From a virus, in IMG/VR virus record IMGVR_UViG_3300013004_000026, positions 32,001 through 96,000 of that record: 64,000 nt of DNA. The stretch is one strand, 5' to 3'. Each line of letters opens with the position of its first letter. The stretch's first letter is position 1. A model generated the notes under the pieces. That model did no database searches. It had not been told where the DNA came from and saw only the letters and a program-made list of their open reading frames with translations. The translations under genes were made by a program, and so were the position numbers. Positions 58,106 through 64,000 of the stretch are shown one piece after another.

Positions 58106-60219
58106 TTCAGCTTCTTCACATACTGGTCCTGGCCAATAGCGTCTTGTGCATCGTGGCTGTCTTCTTCTGGCCAACAGTAGATATACTGTCCTGCAAAGTC
58201 TTTTACCAGCATCCAGCGAATGCCTGCGGCAGTGAACATGTGTGTTTGTGCTTTATATCCTGGCATGACATTTTCAAAGTCAATGTCGCCTGGGCCTAGA
58301 TCTCGTCCGTAGTCTTTAAGGAAGCCAGCCACTGCATTTACTTCTGCTGAACTGTTGGGTCCTTGCCCGCCTAGATTGGCCACCACATGTATGCGCTTGG
58401 TAGGTGTCATGGTTAGACTGCCAAACAGGCTCTTGCCCAGCTGGCGAATTTGATCTGCCATATTGCCCGGCAGGTTGGCCACTTGATGGAAGTCAGGATT
58501 CTGTACACCTGCTGCTTGCAGTGCTTGTCCTGCCACAGCTGGCAAGTTGGCTGTGTTCACTTCCACGCTAGGCAACTGCTCAGGTGGTTCCTCATCTGGA
58601 TATGCTTCTAAATCACGATCAACTTCAATGTTGCGCAGTTTACCCAGCATGTCTGCCATGTCGTCACTGCCAATGCCTGCGGTCCGGCTCAAGGTATCTT
58701 TTTGCTTGGCCTTTTTAATATTAACCTTGGGTTCATCCCCCAAGCCTGCTTTCTTTTTAAGATCGTCCAATGGATCTGTTCGTGCCAGTGGATGATCTTG
58801 ATCCTGTTGAAAAGGAATATCAAACTTGATATCAGGCTTGGTCTTGGTTGTGGTCTTGCGTGGACGCTCTGGAGGCTCTTCAAGTTCTGCTTCTCCTAAT
58901 TTTTCCCACGAGTCATTTGTGCTGGTATCGCCCGATGGATCTGTGTTCCATGCATCACATACTTCTTCATATGCGCCAAATAGATCACCCATTTCATCAT
59001 CATCAACACCATATTCGGCTTGCATTTGGTCATCATACTCGTCAAACCTTGAAGTAACTTGCAGTGCCTGTTTCAAAGTTAGCTTATGGCTCAAAGCAAA
59101 TTCAGCTATGGCACGAAAATTATATCTATTAGGATCCACACGGCTCCACAGGTATAGTGCCTGTGCTGTTTTTGGTGGTGTTTGAGCAGTGCCAAACAGC
59201 TCATCATCTGACTCTGCATCTGCTTCTGTTACACTTTCAGAAGGATTGGCTCCAGTAATACTCACAGACGCCTTTTTACCCTTGTTACGCAACGATCTTG
59301 CAATATTCTCTGCTTGTTGTTTGTCAGCAAATACTTTCCAGGTACGGCCATCTATAACCACTGCATAGTTATTTTGTTCTTCTTGGCCATAACCTTCATC
59401 GTCTTCGCGTTCACGACGTCCGCCTAGACTAGGTGCAGTTGGACTTGCAAAACCATGACTGTACCCGCGGTTGCCTTCTAAATGTAATTTCTTCATGTTT
59501 CTTGCAACTTCGCCCGGGCGCACATCCTTGGTCAAGCTCATGCTGTAGCGAGGATCATTCTTTTGTTTTTTGCTGGCAACTACACCAACCCCTGCGGCAT
59601 CTTCGGACATGCTTCTGGAAGGCCCGTATACAAATGCTTTTGGATTAAGTCCGTACTTGTCTGCAACAGCGGCAATAAATGATTCCACTTTGCTATTTGG
59701 AATCTGTGCGCCAACTTTCTTTTGAATTGGCATGTTGTTTTTGCCTTTGCCTTTGATATAGATATCAACTAACTGGTCTTTGGTAATGATAGCACCTTCG
59801 CCCATGCCTTGTTCACCAATGTATGCATACACATCACTGGCAATTTTTTCCAGCTCAGACAGTGCTCTACTGACCTTTTGCACAGGCTCCTTGTAGGCAA
59901 AATCTTTGATAGGATCATCGCTCATCTGATCATCATACTTGTCAAACAGTTTTGCAAACATCTTGGCATTGGAAAAAATAGCATCAATACCAAGGTCGTC
60001 TGCTTCTTCGGTTATGCTGTTATATGCTGCTTGTAGACGCTGATGCAGTTTGTCACGCATGCTTTTGTCACCAAACAGGTCAGCATCTGTATCAGTGCTT
60101 TCATTCTTGTTACGGCCTGCGCAATGCGCTCGTTGGCTGAAGCCCTTGGGGCTGGCACAGTTGATACTTTTCTTGTATTTCTGGCTCCACTCGTCGTTTA
60201 GGAAATCTTTGCTTTTCAT
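58102..60219 (-). CDS. Modular polyprotein-like putative head-internal protein
   Basis: 705 aa; KNESTDTDADLFG and VTEADAESDDELFG, plus further [ILVM]xE boundaries (MGE, MSE, LGE). Confidence 0.7.
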   Translation of the reverse strand: MKSKDFLNDEWSQKYKKSINCASPKGFSQRAHCAGRNKNESTDTDADLFGDKSMRDKLHQRLQAAYNSITEEADDLGIDAIFSNAKMFAKLFDKYDDQMSDDPIKDFAYKEPVQKVSRALSELEKIASDVYAYIGEQGMGEGAIITKDQLVDIYIKGKGKNNMPIQKKVGAQIPNSKVESFIAAVADKYGLNPKAFVYGPSRSMSEDAAGVGVVASKKQKNDPRYSMSLTKDVRPGEVARNMKKLHLEGNRGYSHGFASPTAPSLGGRREREDDEGYGQEEQNNYAVVIDGRTWKVFADKQQAENIARSLRNKGKKASVSITGANPSESVTEADAESDDELFGTAQTPPKTAQALYLWSRVDPNRYNFRAIAEFALSHKLTLKQALQVTSRFDEYDDQMQAEYGVDDDEMGDLFGAYEEVCDAWNTDPSGDTSTNDSWEKLGEAELEEPPERPRKTTTKTKPDIKFDIPFQQDQDHPLARTDPLDDLKKKAGLGDEPKVNIKKAKQKDTLSRTAGIGSDDMADMLGKLRNIEVDRDLEAYPDEEPPEQLPSVEVNTANLPAVAGQALQAAGVQNPDFHQVANLPGNMADQIRQLGKSLFGSLTMTPTKRIHVVANLGGQGPNSSAEVNAVAGFLKDYGRDLGPGDIDFENVMPGYKAQTHMFTAAGIRWMLVKDFAGQYIYCWPEEDSHDAQDAIGQDQYVKKLK

Positions 60220-61241
60220 TTCAGTCCACCTGTAAAATCTCGTACTGCGTTTTGGAACCAGTCTTCGCTTTCTATATCATCGTCGTTCTTGAATCGTTCC
60301 CATGCATCTGTGAGTTCATGGAACTGCCCATTATCCAACATCCAGCCAAAATCGTTCAAGCCTTCCATGCCAGCAAATTCACGAATAATGATGTCAACCA
60401 CAAACGCCTGTCTAAATGGCTTTTTGGTGATGCGTACCACTTGATCAAACTGAGCATCTGTGTCACCTGCTTCTTGGTATTGTTTGTATTCTGTTCGTAT
60501 GTCAGGCACGCTCCAGCTCTGTTCCAGTTGGTTCAATATCTGTTTACCAACCTGATAGATCATGCCTTTCGCGCCTGCAGGCTGTGCACCAAACAGTTCG
60601 TCGTCATGGTCTTCAACAGCTTCATTGATAATATGTTCTGGTTTGACCTGATGTGGACTGATGTTCTTTTCCAAAGGCCAATCCACATTCTTGAACTTTA
60701 CTTGTACTACCAAGCGACCACTGGGTGTGAGTCTAACCACCTTCCCCTTGTAGTATTTGCCGTTGTCCCACTTGACCATGAGTCGGGTACCAGGCTGTAT
60801 GTTCAATGCATCACGCTGTGCTGTGCGACGAATGGTTTTACCTCGGAGTTCATGCCGGCGGTCTAGCTTAGGACTGGTGGAGAACAGGTCGTCATCATCT
60901 GCGCTTTCTGGAATTTGTTTCACATAGTCGCGAAAGTCCATGTCAAATTCTATGTCTATGACATCATCCACTGCACCTTTCCAGCTTCTATCTAGGCTGC
61001 GATAAACTTTCACTCCCATGGCCATGCTTTGATTAAAAGCGTCTGCTATGTACCGGTAGTTACTGGCTTGTTTGGCAAACTCAGCAGCATTTTCTAAATC
61101 GCCAAGGCCACGCTCTTCATCTGATACACGCTGGTCTTCTTCACTCTGTGCCAACAGAGCATTGGCAATGCGATGATGCAGACCGCGACCAAACAGGTCA
61201 TCGTCATCATCCTGGCTCTCAATGATCTCGTTATAGCGCAT
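60216..61241 (-). CDS. Modular protein, 3 DDxLF modules including a Tudor/SH3-like one (start re-assigned to 61241)
   Basis: MRYNEIIESQDDDDDLFG, IPESADDDDLFS and INEAVEDHDDELFG. Confidence 0.7.
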   Translation of the reverse strand: MRYNEIIESQDDDDDLFGRGLHHRIANALLAQSEEDQRVSDEERGLGDLENAAEFAKQASNYRYIADAFNQSMAMGVKVYRSLDRSWKGAVDDVIDIEFDMDFRDYVKQIPESADDDDLFSTSPKLDRRHELRGKTIRRTAQRDALNIQPGTRLMVKWDNGKYYKGKVVRLTPSGRLVVQVKFKNVDWPLEKNISPHQVKPEHIINEAVEDHDDELFGAQPAGAKGMIYQVGKQILNQLEQSWSVPDIRTEYKQYQEAGDTDAQFDQVVRITKKPFRQAFVVDIIIREFAGMEGLNDFGWMLDNGQFHELTDAWERFKNDDDIESEDWFQNAVRDFTGGLK

Positions 61242-62706
61242 GGCGGTCCTCGTTGGATTCGTCGCTTTCATACAGTTGATCATGAACCAATTCATTTAGT
61301 TCGCCGCTGTCATGATACATGTCATTGAGTTGGTCTAACTGTTCGTCAGTTAGTGGTTTGCCGTCCTGAGTTTCTGCATACACAATATGTGCATCCACAA
61401 AGTCAGGATAGTCTCTGCTATCAATGCCGTCTATTTCAATGCTGCGGCGGTTAATGTTTTCATGCCAGCGACGCCCAAACAGTTCGTCGTCATCTGTTTC
61501 TCTTAATCGGCTGCTACGATCCAAGTGTAGTATCAGATCATGTTCGCCACCACTGATACCAACCACACGAAAATTTTTGTGGTCTTCAATATAGTGATTT
61601 ATTATATCAACATCTTGCTCGGGATCATCACCATAAGAAAATCCAAGTGCTTGTAACTGATCTTCGTCATACTCATTGAATACATCACCAAATCTTATCC
61701 TAGGTGCTGCAAACAAGTCATCGTCATCATTGCTTTCGTCAATCGGGTTATCAGTTATTGGAAAATGCGCTACAGGCACTCCACTGTCGTTGTTCCCACG
61801 CTGTTTGTACACCGTGATGAAATCGTCATCACCCCAGCCATCTTCTAGATATATCGGAACTTGTTTTTTGGCATGTGCTATTGCTTCGCGTATGTCACTG
61901 AACATGCCAAGTATTTCGTCGTCGGGTGCCGAGACTACAAATACCTTTTGTTCACCATCACCAAACAGTTCATCGTCTGACTCAGCGCTTTCATTCATGC
62001 CATGTTCGTCAAACAGTTGCTCTAGACTGATGTCTGTTTCTTCTTCTAGCTCTGCGGCAATACGCTCCCACCACCAGTCTTCACTGTTGTCCTGCCACAT
62101 GATCAGTCCGGCCTGCATGCCCTGTCTAATAAAAGCATCTGCTACCTGTTTCAGTGTCTTGGCTTCTTCGCGAATGTCTTCTAGGTCGCTGTCGTATTCT
62201 TCGCCGTCACTTGGATCCAGGCCCGATATCTCTGCAGGATTGTTGCGCATGGTGTTGGCAAAACCCATGAGCCACTGTCCTATGCGACGGTGTACAGGAT
62301 CACCAAACAGTTCGTCATCGTCACTTTCGTCTAGTATGTTTGAAAATGGTGGCGGCACACGCACACTGAGCCACTCGGAACTGGTAAACTTGCATTCAAA
62401 GCCTTGACTTTCTAGCTCTGCTTTGATCTCATGTGCCACAGGTGGAGCCTGTGGCAGCTCATCATCTGGTCCTCTGTCATAGTTGCCAAACCAGAATGTG
62501 GCTGTGCCTCGTGCTGCTTTGGTAGGCTGTGCGCTCACCCGAACCTTAACTCCAAACTGATTCTTGGCTATGTCCCGTACACGATGCACTGTGCGCTGGT
62601 ACGGATTTTGTATCTGTTTGATTGATTGTTTTATGTTAGTAGACAGCTCACCTGGCTTACTAAACAAGTCATCGTCTGTGTTTTCAATCAGTTCACTGTA
62701 GCGCAT
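61231..62706 (-). CDS. Modular acidic protein, 5 DDxLF modules
   Basis: MRYSELIENTDDDLFS, LDESDDDELFG, MNESAESDDELFG, IDESNDDDDLFA and LRETDDDELFG. Confidence 0.75.
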   Translation of the reverse strand: MRYSELIENTDDDLFSKPGELSTNIKQSIKQIQNPYQRTVHRVRDIAKNQFGVKVRVSAQPTKAARGTATFWFGNYDRGPDDELPQAPPVAHEIKAELESQGFECKFTSSEWLSVRVPPPFSNILDESDDDELFGDPVHRRIGQWLMGFANTMRNNPAEISGLDPSDGEEYDSDLEDIREEAKTLKQVADAFIRQGMQAGLIMWQDNSEDWWWERIAAELEEETDISLEQLFDEHGMNESAESDDELFGDGEQKVFVVSAPDDEILGMFSDIREAIAHAKKQVPIYLEDGWGDDDFITVYKQRGNNDSGVPVAHFPITDNPIDESNDDDDLFAAPRIRFGDVFNEYDEDQLQALGFSYGDDPEQDVDIINHYIEDHKNFRVVGISGGEHDLILHLDRSSRLRETDDDELFGRRWHENINRRSIEIDGIDSRDYPDFVDAHIVYAETQDGKPLTDEQLDQLNDMYHDSGELNELVHDQLYESDESNEDRHAL

Positions 62707-63979
62707 GACCCTGCTCCTGTAGTTTGGCTGTGTACTGTTTGGCCACCTGTTTCATCATGAAACGAAACAGTGGATCACGCACAGTGAGTTCAATGATGTG
62801 TGCCATTGCATCCTTGTGAATCTTCTGTCCTGATTGTACCAGAGCGTCTTTTAGTTTGGTAACCACAGTGCTTTGCTCTGCCACAGCTCGCAGAGCATCG
62901 TTGGTGCTCAACATACTTTCAATACGATCTTCATCACGAGCCAGTTCTGGTGTACCACTCAGCTGTTTCCAGAAATTGCCCATGGCCTTCACACACTGTG
63001 CCAGATAGTCACGCATGTCACCGGACAGTTCTTGTTTAACGGAATCAGGCAGTCGCACGCCGTAGCTGTCAAGACCTTTGAAACCAAATGCAATAATACG
63101 ATCAGCATACTGATCAATCAACTGGGTGGTGGCCTTCTGCACTTCAGGTGTGGCTTCAATCACAATGTTTTTGTATTCGTCGGACAACAGTGCAGGAATC
63201 ATGAACTGCTCTGCAGGCTTCTGCAGGATCTTGGTCAACACAGGAAAACGTGCCACCAATTTCTTCATACCGTTGTCACCAATCTGACGATCCTGTTCAT
63301 TCATGAACTGCTTGGTTTCAAAGTGAAACTGATACTTTTCGCCCGGATAAGCCTGCTGGCGTGGAATGATCACATACAGTGGACGATCGCCACGAGTGTA
63401 GTAATCATACATGTTGTTGTTCTTGCCTGCGGTACACCAGCGTGTGCCTTGACCGTAGTAGCAGGCAGCTTCCACATCATTGGGTACAGTAACAATCAGC
63501 TGATTGTCACGATACAGCTCTGTGGCATTTTTCTTTTCTTCTGGTTTGGATTCTGCTTCTTCGTCTGGATACTCGTCTACCACATCATAAAAAGACTCTA
63601 GATCTTTATATCGATTGAAGTCATTGCGTGGAGGTTGAATCTTTTTGCGACGTTTGAGTTTGTCAAACTTGGCAAGATAGTCTGCCAAGGTACTGGCAAC
63701 ATCTTCTAACTTGCTTTGCCCCATGGCATACAGTTTGGCAATGCTCTGACTGTATTCTTTATTGCGGGTGGGATCACCGCGTTCAATCCAGGTCAACAGA
63801 TAGTCCAGTACCTGTTCAGGATTTTTTTTCACAGTGTCTTTGATATTACCACCTGGTAACGCATTGTTATACTGTTGCACAAACCATGCATCTCTTACGG
63901 CCACTGCCAAGAGTTTTTCGCCATAGGCTGCTGCGGTCTTGCCGCGATCATATTCTAATAAAAATTCTAAACTTTTCAT
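62693..63979 (-). CDS. PcfJ-like domain protein with a capsid-targeting-like leader
   Basis: MKSLEFLLE leader; ACYYGQGTRWCTAG...KYQFHF motif. Confidence 0.55.
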   Translation of the reverse strand: MKSLEFLLEYDRGKTAAAYGEKLLAVAVRDAWFVQQYNNALPGGNIKDTVKKNPEQVLDYLLTWIERGDPTRNKEYSQSIAKLYAMGQSKLEDVASTLADYLAKFDKLKRRKKIQPPRNDFNRYKDLESFYDVVDEYPDEEAESKPEEKKNATELYRDNQLIVTVPNDVEAACYYGQGTRWCTAGKNNNMYDYYTRGDRPLYVIIPRQQAYPGEKYQFHFETKQFMNEQDRQIGDNGMKKLVARFPVLTKILQKPAEQFMIPALLSDEYKNIVIEATPEVQKATTQLIDQYADRIIAFGFKGLDSYGVRLPDSVKQELSGDMRDYLAQCVKAMGNFWKQLSGTPELARDEDRIESMLSTNDALRAVAEQSTVVTKLKDALVQSGQKIHKDAMAHIIELTVRDPLFRFMMKQVAKQYTAKLQEQGHALQ

Positions 63980-64000
63980 TGTATAATCTCAGTGTGTTGT

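Noticed and set aside
57278-62706. DDDLF-coding repeats as CRISPR or diversity-generating retroelement (DGR) repeats
   Set aside because: Conservation is at the amino-acid level with synonymous variation, spacing is hundreds of nt in frame, and there is no reverse transcriptase in the window.
1-64000. Stop-codon reassignment, as seen in some jumbo phages
   Set aside because: Long genes are intact in code 11, and TAA, TAG and TGA all end recognisable genes at the expected positions.

Overview
This window is a segment of a large T4-like (myovirus/jumbo-type) bacteriophage genome using the standard genetic code, with almost all genes on the minus strand. The host is inferred to be a betaproteobacterium from the style of the ErpA, AhpC/AhpD and PqqA sequences. 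Layout: 1-18.1 kb holds virion structural genes (baseplate/Ig/YHYH protein, gp9/10-like-leader fibre proteins). 18.1-19.6 kb holds ErpA, ferredoxin, SOD and IF-1. 19.6-36 kb is a dense run of small hypotheticals, including two tandem paralogue families, plus peptide deformylase, a metallophosphoesterase, DNA ligase and a candidate structured ncRNA. 36-44 kb is an accessory block with an unannotated PqqA peptide gene, AhpC/AhpD, two outer-membrane beta-barrels, a plcP-agt-like lipid-remodelling pair behind a Pho-box-like site, and a circularly permuted two-piece tmRNA with a long tag. 44-56 kb holds early-promoter cassettes, a PvuII-like endonuclease plus SPPY methyltransferase pair, an AAA ATPase, rIIA/rIIB and an acyl-CoA ligase. 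56-64 kb is an operon of putative head-internal proteins. Four of them are modular polyproteins in which 12 copies of a [ILVM]xE-(S/A/N/T)-acidic-LF motif mark the start of each domain, which is the strongest candidate for an undescribed system. All assignments come from motif recognition by eye; no searches were run.
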